From positions 768,576 through 800,575 of the forward strand of contig NZ_CP061286.1 in NCBI RefSeq assembly GCF_018687095.1: a DNA stretch of 32,000 nt, read 5' to 3'. Each line of letters starts with the position of its first letter. Position 1 is the first letter of the stretch. The position numbers and the translations under genes are program-made. This document shows positions 15,183-24,203 of the stretch, one piece after another. The stretch is from Polynucleobacter sp. MWH-UH25E (lineage in GTDB: Bacteria > Pseudomonadota > Gammaproteobacteria > Burkholderiales > Burkholderiaceae). Under the pieces are notes generated by a model, which ran no database searches, was not told where the DNA came from, and saw nothing but the letters and a program-made list of their open reading frames with translations.

Positions 15183-16988
15183 TTGGATTTGAGTGCCATT
15201 AAAAAATCGAATTCATTAGCTATTGCTGCGCCAGAGTTGCTAGCAGAGTGGGATTATGAAAAAAACACCATTTCCCCAGCTGATATAGCTGCAGGAAGCC
15301 ATAAAAAAGTCTTTTGGAAGTGCGCTTGCGGTAATGGATGGTTGGCGGCGCCACATCAAAGAACAGTAGCTTCTAGAAAGAGGGATGGGAAATACTTAAC
15401 TGGATGCAAAGAATGTGCTCGTGAACGCGGGGCGGAGCAGCTTAAAAAGACAAAATTAGCTAAAGGGGTTTTACTTTTTGACAAATATCCAGATTTATTA
15501 GGTGAATGGGATTATCAAAAAAATTTAATCTCACCAGATCAGGTTACTGAGCACAATAACAATAAATTTTGGTGGAAATGCCGCCTAAATCATTCTTGGC
15601 AAGCAACGGCAAGTAATCGTGGGCATAACGCTAGCCGATGCCCTGATTGCAACCCTGCTACATCTCGAGCTGAGATTTATCTGTACTCAGAATGCAAGTC
15701 TGTCTTTCCCAATGTTTTATGGCGATCGAAAATTGATGGCAAGGAGGTTGATATCTACCTGCCTGATCATAAGATTGCTATTGAGTTTGATGGAGAATTT
15801 TGGCACAGAGAAAAGACTGTAAAAGATCAGCTTAAGTCAGATACATTACATGCCGCCGGAATTAAATTGATCAGAATTAGATCTGCCAAGAATATGCCAG
15901 CAGGAGGTATTGATGTAGTTTACCCAGAAGAAGCGAGGATGAATTATCAAGAGATTGCAAATGCAATGTTTGATGAATTGGCAATATTGGTACCTCTTAC
16001 AGAAGTAAAGGAGTATGCGAAAAACAGGCTGCAGCTATCAAAAAATCTCTATAACGAAATAGTTTCTAATTTGCCCGCTCCTCCCTATGAATTGTCTTTG
16101 GCGGCTCAATTTCCTGAGGTCGTAAAACAATGGGATGTCGAGAAAAATCTCCCGTTAACTCCTGAGTTATTTACAAAAGCCTCTGGATTTAAGATGTGGT
16201 GGAAATGTCCTCAAGGACACTCATATCAAGCGACTATCAAAAATAAAGTAAGTAACGATAGCGGATGCCCAGATTGCTATAGGGCATTGCAGGCGGAACA
16301 CGGAAGAATAAAAAAGATTGATGGGGTTTTTATTCCAGTGCCTAAAAAGCTGGTAGAACCAAGGATATCAAAAGAGAAACGCCCAAATGCAAGAAAATTA
16401 AATGCTGCACAGTATGAAGAGAAGGTTAGAAAATTTAATCCAACCCTTGTAGTTCGCGGGACTTATATTAATAGCGATCAACCTATTGATATTAAATGTA
16501 TGGCTTGCGGCAACGAGTGGAGTCCGATAGCCGGATCAATTATTAATAAAGGCGCTCAAGGCTGTCCTAAATGTGCAAGAGGACGCATAGCACTCGCAAA
16601 TTCAAAGGGCCCAGAAGAGTTTGCGAAAGAGCTAGCTTTAAAAAATACCAAAGTAAAGCAAATTGGTGCTTATGTTGGCAATAAGCAGAAACTTGAGGTT
16701 GAATGTCTGAAATGCGGCAAACATTGGCTCGCAATAGCCGGTGATTTATTGGCTGGACATGCTTGTATGTCTTGCTATGGCAAAGCTAAGAAGACAAACG
16801 AACAATTCATTGATGATTTAAGTAAGGTTAATTTAATGCTAGAGGTTATCGGAAAATATGAAACCTCAAAAACTCCAATAGAGATTCGATGCAAAGTCTG
16901 CTCTCATGTTTGGAGTACGAAACCTAATTACCTATTATCGGGATCTGGATGCCCGGTATGCGCTAGAAATAAGAAGTTAAGTAAATGA
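15183..16988 (+). CDS. Multi-zinc-ribbon protein with a central PD-(D/E)XK (DUF559/Vsr-like) nuclease domain
   Basis: Three W(D/E)Y.KN...WKC...CP.C units (DUF4379-like) and three C-terminal ...C..CG..W......L.G.GCP.C units. The central block VDIYLPDHKIAIEFDGEFWH is typical of DUF559/Vsr-type endonucleases. The TTG start lies 3 nt after the upstream stop, with an AGGGGTGG RBS. Confidence 0.7.
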   Translation: MDLSAIKKSNSLAIAAPELLAEWDYEKNTISPADIAAGSHKKVFWKCACGNGWLAAPHQRTVASRKRDGKYLTGCKECARERGAEQLKKTKLAKGVLLFDKYPDLLGEWDYQKNLISPDQVTEHNNNKFWWKCRLNHSWQATASNRGHNASRCPDCNPATSRAEIYLYSECKSVFPNVLWRSKIDGKEVDIYLPDHKIAIEFDGEFWHREKTVKDQLKSDTLHAAGIKLIRIRSAKNMPAGGIDVVYPEEARMNYQEIANAMFDELAILVPLTEVKEYAKNRLQLSKNLYNEIVSNLPAPPYELSLAAQFPEVVKQWDVEKNLPLTPELFTKASGFKMWWKCPQGHSYQATIKNKVSNDSGCPDCYRALQAEHGRIKKIDGVFIPVPKKLVEPRISKEKRPNARKLNAAQYEEKVRKFNPTLVVRGTYINSDQPIDIKCMACGNEWSPIAGSIINKGAQGCPKCARGRIALANSKGPEEFAKELALKNTKVKQIGAYVGNKQKLEVECLKCGKHWLAIAGDLLAGHACMSCYGKAKKTNEQFIDDLSKVNLMLEVIGKYETSKTPIEIRCKVCSHVWSTKPNYLLSGSGCPVCARNKKLSK

Positions 16989-17067
16989 CCTAGTGATTGC
17001 TTCTGCATTTTTCGATGCTTTTATGAAGTTCTATAAATATGTCGCTGCAGAACAAATTCACCAGTAA

Positions 17068-17310
17068 CTAGTCATGAGCTAGATCAACTTGCATTCTGTA
17101 GATAGAAACTATTCTTCCAATTGCGCCCATATATCCATTGCCACCTCTAATTGAAGATATGTTCCAGTTGCAGCCTAGTTCGTCTATCTCATGCCAATAA
17201 GGGAGAGGAACAATAACGGTGGCATTATCCTCGCGAATTTCTTGTATGTTGTTTACTTGCTGCTGGAGTTCAGTTTGAATTTGATCGGCAGCTAGAGTTG
17301 GTTTGGCCAT
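17068..17310 (-). CDS. Hypothetical 80-aa protein
   Basis: Supported only by the ORF. No clear RBS. Confidence 0.3.
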   Translation of the reverse strand: MAKPTLAADQIQTELQQQVNNIQEIREDNATVIVPLPYWHEIDELGCNWNISSIRGGNGYMGAIGRIVSIYRMQVDLAHD

Positions 17311-17685
17311 GAATTGTTTCGCATTTCATATTTTTTAAAAGAATGCTGCGGTAGGCGGAAACGGAAGCTGCCTCAATATCAACTTCTACTTCATAGTCTC
17401 CACCTAAGTGGTATGAAGGTTGGCAGGCTTAACTAACAACTTCCCGCATTACACCTTTCGGCTCCAGCAGTGACTGCCACCATAAGCTGGAAGTCGCTCG
17501 CTTTTTCACAAAGCGCCAACTTTTTGCGTTGTTTCCTTTTAACCCCTTTTAGTTAAGCTACCACGCTGGCAGGCGTGTATTGAGATGGGGCTAACAAAAA
17601 TTGTGTCATAAACACTCCTAAAATTAGCCCTAAATGGGCCATCTCATTCTAGCTATCCTTGTTACTAGATTTCAAGGGAAAAACC

Positions 17686-17700
17686 GTCGTTTAAAACGAC
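17686..17700. repeat. Palindromic core copy GTCGTTTAAAACGAC, with the conserved flank on its right side (inverted relative to copies A and B)
   Basis: Perfect 15-mer followed by AAACTTTGTGTT...GGTGTGTG, which mirrors the ACAAAGT...GTGTGT left flanks of the other copies. It lies 117 bp before the right island end. Confidence 0.85.
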
Positions 17701-17821
17701 AAACTTTGTGTTCCTGGTGTGTGCCGTTGATTTACCGTGAAAACACCATTTTTTAAGGGAAGAAGAATCTAGAGGGCTCCAAATAGCTCTTTGGGCTAAA
17801 TTACGCTAAAATAGCGAGTTC

Positions 17822-17898
17822 GGCGAATTAGCTCAGTTGGTTAGAGCGACGGAATCATAATCCGCAGGTCCGGGGTTCAAATCCCTGATTCGCCACCA
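17822..17898 (+). tRNA. tRNA with CAU anticodon (elongator Met, or Ile2 if lysidine-modified)
   Basis: Cloverleaf folded by hand: acceptor GGCGAAT/ATTCGCC, D arm GCTC/GAGC, anticodon loop AUCAUAA, T arm CGGGG-UUCAAAU-CCCUG, and encoded CCA. It is not initiator-like, because there is no GGG/CCC anticodon stem. Confidence 0.85.
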
Positions 17899-17904
17899 AA
17901 TCCA

Positions 17905-17934
17905 AAGGCCATTGCGAATGCAGTGGCCTTTTTC
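17905..17934 (+). terminator. Rho-independent terminator after the tRNA
   Basis: AAGGCCATTGC-GAAT-GCAGTGGCCTT hairpin followed by a T run. Confidence 0.75.
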
Positions 17935-17957
17935 TTTGACTGTCTTAGTATTGGTCT

Positions 17958-18491
17958 ATGGCTAAATTTTGGAACTTTGTCTTTTTTCAGCTTGGCTGGT
18001 TCGCTTGTATCTTGGGCGCAGCAAATCAACAGGTTATGTTGGCCGTCCTTCTCACTCTAGCCTACATCGCTTTTCATATCTGGTATCTAGATGAACCTGG
18101 GCAATCTCTGCGTCTTTTAAGTAAGGCATTGGTTTACGGGATTGTGGCTGACAGCGTCTTGGTGCAGCTTGGTTATTTGAATTTTCAGGATTCTTGGCCC
18201 ACGAGCCATCTTTCTCCCGTATGGATGTGGGTTCTATGGGTGCTGGTAGCTACCACTATTAATGGCTCACTCTCTTGGTTACGGGGTAGGCCTATATTAG
18301 GGGCTATTTTGGGCAGCATTTGCGGCCCAATGTCATATGAGGCTGGCATCCGCATGGGGGCTGGATCTTGGGGTTCTGGTAACCAAACGGTCGGCCTAGT
18401 ACTGGTCGGAGTAGTCTGGGCAATAGCTATTCCACTCTTTTTCTATTGGGATCGAACCCCAATTGAGCATGGATTAGTGGGAAATCCGTAA
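17958..18491 (+). CDS. DUF2878-like integral membrane protein
   Basis: The N-terminus NFVFFQLGWFACILGAA matches my recollection of DUF2878. Several TM segments are present. Confidence 0.6.
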   Translation: MAKFWNFVFFQLGWFACILGAANQQVMLAVLLTLAYIAFHIWYLDEPGQSLRLLSKALVYGIVADSVLVQLGYLNFQDSWPTSHLSPVWMWVLWVLVATTINGSLSWLRGRPILGAILGSICGPMSYEAGIRMGAGSWGSGNQTVGLVLVGVVWAIAIPLFFYWDRTPIEHGLVGNP

Positions 18492-18519
18492 ATTCTTTAA
18501 AAAAGTCGCTTGCAAAGGA

Positions 18520-18539
18520 TACTGTTTTTATATACAGTA
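18520..18539. promoter_or_regulatory. LexA (SOS) box upstream of recA
   Basis: TACTGTTTTTATATACAGTA matches CTGT-N8-ACAG, 72 bp upstream of the recA ATG. A TTGCAA -35-like hexamer lies just upstream. Confidence 0.8.
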
Positions 18540-18610
18540 ACCCCTAAGTTGTTGGAAAGTAGATAAAACTTCGGGAAATAGCCCAATACAAAGCGAAAAA
18601 GGAATAAAAA

Positions 18611-19702
18611 ATGGCCTTGGATGATAAAAGAAAGTCAGCCTCTTCAGAGTTTGAAGGCATGAGTGGAGACAAGCAAAAGGCGTTAACAGCAGCTTTAGCG
18701 CAAATTGAGAAGCAGTTTGGTAAAGGCTCAATCATGAGATTGGGCGACGCTGAAATTAGTCAAGATATTCAGGTGGTATCCAGCGGTTCATTAGGTTTAG
18801 ATATTGCGCTCGGCGTTGGTGGCCTTGCACGTGGTCGCGTAATTGAAATTTACGGCCCTGAGTCATCCGGTAAAACCACTTTGACTTTGCATGCAATCGC
18901 AGAAATGCAAAAGCTGGGTGGTACTTGCGCATTTATTGACGCTGAACATGCATTGGATGTTCAATACGCCGGAAAGTTAGGTGTTGATGTAAACAATCTG
19001 TTGATTTCTCAACCCGATACTGGTGAGCAGGCTTTGGAAATTGCAGACGCATTAGTCCGTTCTGGTTCGATTGATTTAATCGTAGTTGACTCAGTTGCTG
19101 CATTGGTTCCAAAGGCTGAGATTGAAGGCGATATGGGCGATTCATTGCCAGGTTTGCAAGCGCGTTTGATGAGTCAAGCACTGCGCAAATTAACTGGCGC
19201 AATTAAGCGCACCAACACAACAGTCATCTTCATTAACCAGATTCGTATGAAGATTGGTGTGATGTTCGGTTCTCCAGAAACAACTACTGGCGGTAACGCT
19301 TTGAAGTTCTATGCCTCTATGCGTTTAGATATCCGTCGTATCGGAAGCATCAAGAAGGGCGATGAAGTTGTTGGTAATGAAACCCGTGTGAAAGTTGTAA
19401 AGAATAAGGTTTCTCCGCCTTTCCGCGAAGCCATTTTTGACATCATGTATGGCGCTGGTATCTCAAGAGAAGGCGAGATTATTGATATGGGTGTTGAAGC
19501 CGATATCGTTGAAAAATCAGGCTCTTGGTATAGCTATAACGGCGACCGCATCGGTCAAGGTAAAGACAATGTGCGTGAATTCTTGAAAGAGAATCCAGAA
19601 ATCGCTAAAGACATCGAAGCAAAAATCCGCGAGAAATTAGGTGTTAAAGCTGGATCTGCTGTAGTGACAGATGTTCTAAGCGAGGAAGAGGAAGTCGAAT
19701 AA
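18611..19702 (+). CDS. recA: Recombinase RecA
   Basis: [17 protein letters not shown], Walker [10 protein letters not shown], and the full-length conserved RecA sequence. Confidence 0.98.
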   Translation: MALDDKRKSASSEFEGMSGDKQKALTAALAQIEKQFGKGSIMRLGDAEISQDIQVVSSGSLGLDIALGVGGLARGRVIEIYGPESSGKTTLTLHAIAEMQKLGGTCAFIDAEHALDVQYAGKLGVDVNNLLISQPDTGEQALEIADALVRSGSIDLIVVDSVAALVPKAEIEGDMGDSLPGLQARLMSQALRKLTGAIKRTNTTVIFINQIRMKIGVMFGSPETTTGGNALKFYASMRLDIRRIGSIKKGDEVVGNETRVKVVKNKVSPPFREAIFDIMYGAGISREGEIIDMGVEADIVEKSGSWYSYNGDRIGQGKDNVREFLKENPEIAKDIEAKIREKLGVKAGSAVVTDVLSEEEEVE

Positions 19703-19718
19703 TTAAGTTAATGATTCA

Positions 19719-20231
19719 ATGACAGAAGTCAGTAACAAAAAGCATAAACAAAGCCCGAGTCTCAAAGCTCGGGCTTTGCGTCTTTTGTCCTTACGAGAAT
19801 ACAGTCGCAAAAGTTTGGCGGCAAAGCTTGTTGAATCTGAGGCACGTTGGGCAAAGTTGACTGAAGCGGAATCAACTTCAGAAGCAAGCGCTTTGAGCAT
19901 TGAGGCAGTTCTTGATGATTTTGAGGCTCGAGGTTGGTTATCAGATGAGCGTTTTGCGGAAGCGCTGGTTCGGCGTCGCAGCGAACGTTATGGCGCTCGC
20001 AAAATTCAGGAAGACCTCCAAAGAGCAGGTGTAGATACCCAACAGTCAGCCAAACTCCTGGCAGATTTGAGGGAGACTGAGTTTGAGCGAGCGTATGAGC
20101 TTTGGTCAAAAAAATATGGGGTAAAAGCTCAAGACCAGAAGGAGCGTGCAAGGCAATATCGCTTCTTGGCCAGCAAGGGATTTGGCCTAGATGTGGTTGC
20201 AAAGATTATTGGTGGCCAGACCCCCGATTAG
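19719..20231 (+). CDS. recX: RecA regulator RecX
   Basis: Immediately downstream of recA. It has an ALRLLSLREYSR..L pattern and is 170 aa. Confidence 0.85.
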   Translation: MTEVSNKKHKQSPSLKARALRLLSLREYSRKSLAAKLVESEARWAKLTEAESTSEASALSIEAVLDDFEARGWLSDERFAEALVRRRSERYGARKIQEDLQRAGVDTQQSAKLLADLRETEFERAYELWSKKYGVKAQDQKERARQYRFLASKGFGLDVVAKIIGGQTPD

Positions 20232-20417
20232 GGCAATTACGGATCCGAAAACCCTATTTGCGGCATTGCAACATGATAGACTTAGAGAGTCGGTCAAGCC
20301 GTTCGCATTTATTCAAAAATTGGCTAATTTAGCTATTCCTGAGTAAGTATGGGATTTTGGCGACATTGTTTTTAAATCCTCATCACTTGCTAAAAAAGAT
20401 ACCGTTTCGGAGTAATT

Positions 20418-21587
20418 ATGAAAATTCACGAGTACCAAGGCAAAGAACTTCTGCGCCAATTTAATGTGCCTGTTCCAAACGGCATTCCTGCGTTTAGTGT
20501 TGATGAGGCGGTAAAAGCCGCAGAAAAACTAGGTGGCCCTGTATGGGTTGTGAAGGCACAGATTCATGCTGGTGGACGCGGTAAGGGTGGTGGCGTGAAG
20601 TTGGCTAAGAGCATGGATGAAGTGAAGAAATACGCTTCTGAAATCTTGGGTATGCAACTTAAGACACACCAAACTGGCCCAGAAGGTCAAAAAGTAAATC
20701 GTCTTTTGATCGAAGATGGGGCAGATATTAAAAAAGAGTATTACTTCAGTATCGTTACAGACCGTGCGACACAAAAGAATGTGATCATGGCTTCTAGCGA
20801 AGGCGGCATGGATATTGAGGAAGTGGCTGAGTCACATCCAGAAAAAATTATTAAAGTGTTTATTGATCCATTGGTCGGGTTGACTGATGCAGATTGCGAC
20901 ATTGTGGCAAAAGGAATTGGTGTTCCTGAGGCCTCTATTCCAATGGCACGCGATGTGTTCAAGAATTTGTACAAGACCTATTGGGATACCGATGCATCTT
21001 TAGTAGAGATCAACCCATTGATCCTTGAAGGCAATGGCAAGATCAAGGCTTTGGATGCTAAGTTCAACTTCGATCCAAATGCATTGTTCCGTCATCCAGA
21101 AATTGTGGCATATCGCGATATTGATGAAGAAGATGCTGCGGAAATTGAAGCGTCTAAATTTGATCTTGCTTACATCTCCTTAGATGGAAATATTGGTTGC
21201 TTAGTGAATGGTGCAGGTTTAGCGATGGCAACGATGGATACCATTAAGTTATTTGGTGGTGAGCCAGCAAACTTCTTGGACGTTGGTGGCGGCGCTACTG
21301 CAGAGAAGGTAACTGAAGCATTCAAAATCATGTTGAAAAACAAGAGCGTTGAAGCCATTTTGGTCAACATCTTTGGTGGAATCATGCGTTGTGATGTGAT
21401 TGCTGATGGTGTTGTTACAGCATGTAAAGCGGTAAACCTCACAGTACCTTTGGTGGTCCGCATGAAGGGTACAAACGAAGAGCTCGGCAAGAAGATTCTT
21501 GCTGATTCAGGTTTGCCAATTATTAGTGCCGACTCAATGGCCGAAGCTGCTACTAAGGTAGTTGCTGCTGTTGCTAAAAACAAATAA
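20418..21587 (+). CDS. sucC: Succinyl-CoA synthetase beta subunit
   Basis: [13 protein letters not shown]-terminus and an ATP-grasp domain. Confidence 0.97.
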   Translation: MKIHEYQGKELLRQFNVPVPNGIPAFSVDEAVKAAEKLGGPVWVVKAQIHAGGRGKGGGVKLAKSMDEVKKYASEILGMQLKTHQTGPEGQKVNRLLIEDGADIKKEYYFSIVTDRATQKNVIMASSEGGMDIEEVAESHPEKIIKVFIDPLVGLTDADCDIVAKGIGVPEASIPMARDVFKNLYKTYWDTDASLVEINPLILEGNGKIKALDAKFNFDPNALFRHPEIVAYRDIDEEDAAEIEASKFDLAYISLDGNIGCLVNGAGLAMATMDTIKLFGGEPANFLDVGGGATAEKVTEAFKIMLKNKSVEAILVNIFGGIMRCDVIADGVVTACKAVNLTVPLVVRMKGTNEELGKKILADSGLPIISADSMAEAATKVVAAVAKNK

Positions 21588-21602
21588 TCCAGGAATTTCA
21601 AT

Positions 21603-22496
21603 ATGTCTATTTTGATTAATAAAAACACCAAAGTCATTACACAAGGTATTACTGGTAAGACCGGTCAGTTTCATACTGAAAAATGTCAGGAATACGCAAA
21701 CGGTAAAAACTGTTTTGTTGCTGGCGTGAATCCGAAAAAAGCTGGCGAATCTATTTTTGATATTCCAATTTATGCAACAGTAAAAGAAGCTGCTCAGCAA
21801 ACAGGGGCAACAACCTCAGTTATTTATGTTCCGCCTCCTGGTGCAGCTGCTGCGATTTGGGAAGCCGTTGATGCTGACCTTGATTTTGTTATCTGCATTA
21901 CAGAAGGCATTCCAGTGCGCGACATGCTTGAAGTACGCAACAAGATGAAGGCTAAAGAAGCAAAGGGCGGCAAAAAGACTTTATTGCTTGGTCCTAACTG
22001 CCCAGGAATTATTACTCCTGATGAAATCAAAATCGGTATCATGCCTGGCCATATTCACAAGAAGGGCCGCATTGGTGTTGTAAGCCGTTCTGGTACTTTG
22101 ACATACGAAGCCGTAGGTCAATTAACTGCAATTGGCTTAGGTCAATCTACAGCCGTTGGTATTGGTGGTGATCCAATCAATGGTCTTAAGCATATTGATG
22201 TGATGCGTATGTTCAACGAAGATCCAGAGACTGATGCTGTCATCATGATCGGTGAAATCGGTGGTCCAGATGAAGCTGAAGCAGCGCGCTGGTGTAAAGA
22301 AAACATGAAGAAGCCTGTAGTTGGCTTCATTGCTGGTGTTACTGCTCCTCCAGGCAAACGTATGGGTCATGCAGGCGCATTGATTTCTGGTGGTGCAGAT
22401 ACCGCTGATGCCAAGCTCGCTGTAATGGAAGAGTGTGGCTTCAAGGTAACTAAGAACCCATCCGAGATGGCTGCGCTATTGAAGGCAATGTTGTAA
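21603..22496 (+). CDS. sucD: Succinyl-CoA synthetase alpha subunit
   Basis: [18 protein letters not shown] and the GHAGA active-site His region. Confidence 0.97.
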   Translation: MSILINKNTKVITQGITGKTGQFHTEKCQEYANGKNCFVAGVNPKKAGESIFDIPIYATVKEAAQQTGATTSVIYVPPPGAAAAIWEAVDADLDFVICITEGIPVRDMLEVRNKMKAKEAKGGKKTLLLGPNCPGIITPDEIKIGIMPGHIHKKGRIGVVSRSGTLTYEAVGQLTAIGLGQSTAVGIGGDPINGLKHIDVMRMFNEDPETDAVIMIGEIGGPDEAEAARWCKENMKKPVVGFIAGVTAPPGKRMGHAGALISGGADTADAKLAVMEECGFKVTKNPSEMAALLKAML

Positions 22497-22503
22497 TTAG
22501 AAA

Positions 22504-22531
22504 AGGGCGCTGCAAAAACGGCGCCCTTTTT
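22504..22531 (+). terminator. Rho-independent terminator after sucD
   Basis: GGGCGC...GCGCCC stem followed by TTTTT. Confidence 0.75.
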
Positions 22532-22582
22532 GTAGTATTCGAAGTGTTGTAAATAAAAAGATAAATACAGTAGGGAGACGCA

Positions 22583-23290
22583 ATGGATTTTTCAGCATTT
22601 TCAGGCCCAGCGTTTTGGGCTGCACTTCTATCAATCATTGTTGCCAATATCTTGTTATCAGGAGATAACGCGGTAGTGATCGCTTTGGCATCTCGTAACT
22701 TGCCCGTCCATCAGCAAAAGAAAGCGATTTTTTGGGGTAGCGCCGCTGCGATTATTTTGCGCGTTGTGTTAACTGTGACCGCAGTCCAGTTATTAACCTT
22801 ACCCTATCTAAAGATTATCGGCGCGATTCTATTGGTGTATATCGGGGTTCAATTATTAGCTGATAGTGACGATGAAGGAGAGATGGAGGGTAGTTCCAAT
22901 ATCTGGGGAGCTATTCGTACCATTCTGGTTGCTGATTTGGTAATGAGTTTAGATAACGTGCTTGCTGTTGCTGCCGCTGCACAAAAAGGGCCAGAAGAAA
23001 CTCGGTTGGCTTTGCTCATCATTGGCCTTGGTTTATCTATTCCTTTGATTATTTTTGGCAGCACAATGTTATTAAAAGTAATGGATCGCTTTCCGATCAT
23101 TATTACTTTAGGTGCTGGCTTATTGGGCCTTTTGGCGGGCGGTATGTTAGTGGAAGATCCTGCAATTAAAGAGTCAATGCAGGCTGCATTCGAGGATGCC
23201 CATATGATTTTTGAGGGCATTGGTGTGGCGATTGTTATTCTGCTAGGCTCATACTTGAAGAAAAAAAATGCCAGTAAAGAGGCTAAATAA
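22583..23290 (+). CDS. TerC/YjbE-family integral membrane protein
   Basis: The LSGDNAVVIAL and SLDNVLAVAAAA duplicated motifs are typical of the TerC family. Confidence 0.85.
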   Translation: MDFSAFSGPAFWAALLSIIVANILLSGDNAVVIALASRNLPVHQQKKAIFWGSAAAIILRVVLTVTAVQLLTLPYLKIIGAILLVYIGVQLLADSDDEGEMEGSSNIWGAIRTILVADLVMSLDNVLAVAAAAQKGPEETRLALLIIGLGLSIPLIIFGSTMLLKVMDRFPIIITLGAGLLGLLAGGMLVEDPAIKESMQAAFEDAHMIFEGIGVAIVILLGSYLKKKNASKEAK

Positions 23291-23347
23291 GGCGCTAAAA
23301 AAGCGCTAAACAAAGCGTAATTTATTTCTGAGTAAAAAATCAAAATT

Positions 23348-23374
23348 AGCCGGCTTCTATAGCCGGCTTTTTTA
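23348..23374 (+). terminator. Rho-independent terminator
   Basis: AGCCGGCT-TCTAT-AGCCGGCT hairpin followed by TTTTTT. Confidence 0.75.
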
Positions 23375-23443
23375 TTTTCTTTTACCTTGTTCAAAGGAGG
23401 TATAGACTGGAATATGAGGTATTTGACCTCAGGAGTAGAAGAT

Positions 23444-23962
23444 ATGAAAACAAGTCCTCAAGCAATTCAAGAAGTAAAAGATCAACGCGAAGCTGGATTT
23501 ACGTTGATTGAAGTGATGGTTGTGGTGGCCATTATTGGCATCTTGGTAGCGGTAGCGGTGCCGCAATATCAAGACTATATTGCTCGAACTCGTGTCGTAG
23601 AGGGAATGAATCTATCGTCAAGCGCCAAGCTCGCTGTAACAGAAGCATTTGCTAGTCGCGGCACTGTTCCAATGGATGAAGCTACTCATGGCTCATTTAC
23701 ATTTACGCCCACTCGCAGCGTAAAGTTAATTGAAATTACTCCATCAGGGGCTATTGCAATTGACTACCAGGTTAGCGTTGCGCCAGAGGGTAAAAATACC
23801 TTGCATCTGGTGCCCACCAATGAGCCGGATGCGAATTCACCGAAACCAATTGATTTATCTATGCCAGAAGGTGCAACTTGGGCTGGTGGCTGGTCTTGTA
23901 GATCTACTCAAACCAATTTAATTCCGCAGCTATTGCCTTCTGAGTGCAGAATCAGTAAGTAA
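23444..23962 (+). CDS. Type IV pilin
   Basis: The start at MKTSP is preceded by AGGAG. The G|FTLIEVMVVVAIIGILVAVAVPQYQDY prepilin signature and a C-terminal Cys pair (WSC...SEC) are present. The longer ORF-track start is unlikely. Confidence 0.85.
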   Translation: MKTSPQAIQEVKDQREAGFTLIEVMVVVAIIGILVAVAVPQYQDYIARTRVVEGMNLSSSAKLAVTEAFASRGTVPMDEATHGSFTFTPTRSVKLIEITPSGAIAIDYQVSVAPEGKNTLHLVPTNEPDANSPKPIDLSMPEGATWAGGWSCRSTQTNLIPQLLPSECRISK

Positions 23963-24203
23963 GTCTTAAGAGTGTATGAGCCACTAGTTAAGTGGTTCAT
24001 ACCTATGACTTGATTAGGCTTTCCGTTCAGTAGGTCGCCACCAACCTAAAGTTATTTCTCTGCGTCTAACACGTTGTTTTATTGGGAATTAATGGCACTT
24101 TATATAAGTAAAACCTTGCTCTTAAAGCACGTTTTTGGAATAATCTTGCTTGCCAAAAATTACCTTAAACGCCGTTAAATGACGGCATTTCTTAATAAAA
24201 ACA

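Larger units (their letters stand above)
1267..17860. mobile_element. Integrated genomic island (~16.5 kb) at a tRNA(CAU) gene, with two tyrosine recombinases and a mosaic cargo
   Basis: A 44-bp direct repeat derived from the tRNA flanks the region. It holds an integrase at 13434..14726 and a second recombinase at 9850..10416. It has orphan ORFs, is visibly more AT-rich than the core half, and carries island-specific palindromic repeats. Confidence 0.65.

Noticed and set aside
31-17700. The palindromic repeats as a CRISPR array
   Set aside because: Copies are separated by 0.4 to 4.4 kb of protein-coding DNA rather than regular 25-40-bp spacers. There are no cas genes.
31-17700. The palindrome as a DNA uptake sequence or a generic genome-wide REP/terminator
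   Set aside because: By eye there is no copy in the 14 kb of core genome in this window. Several copies are in positions that make no sense for terminators: inside two CDSs, upstream of the integrase start, and between co-oriented genes. A genome-wide count is still needed to be sure.
22497-22582. A yybP-ykoY (Mn2+) riboswitch upstream of the TerC-family gene
   Set aside because: The gap is only 86 nt and is largely occupied by the sucD terminator. That is too short, and I could not see the conserved riboswitch helices.
18528-22647. ORF-track entries antisense to or nested in recA, recX, sucC and sucD (for example 18933..19202, 19762..20202, 21170..21637, 22137..22370)
   Set aside because: They overlap strongly supported conserved genes, have odd composition and have no RBS. 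They are typical shadow ORFs.
22849-23394. A 181-aa minus-strand ORF overlapping the TerC-family gene and its terminator
   Set aside because: It is antisense to a well-supported membrane protein gene and spans a clear terminator hairpin.
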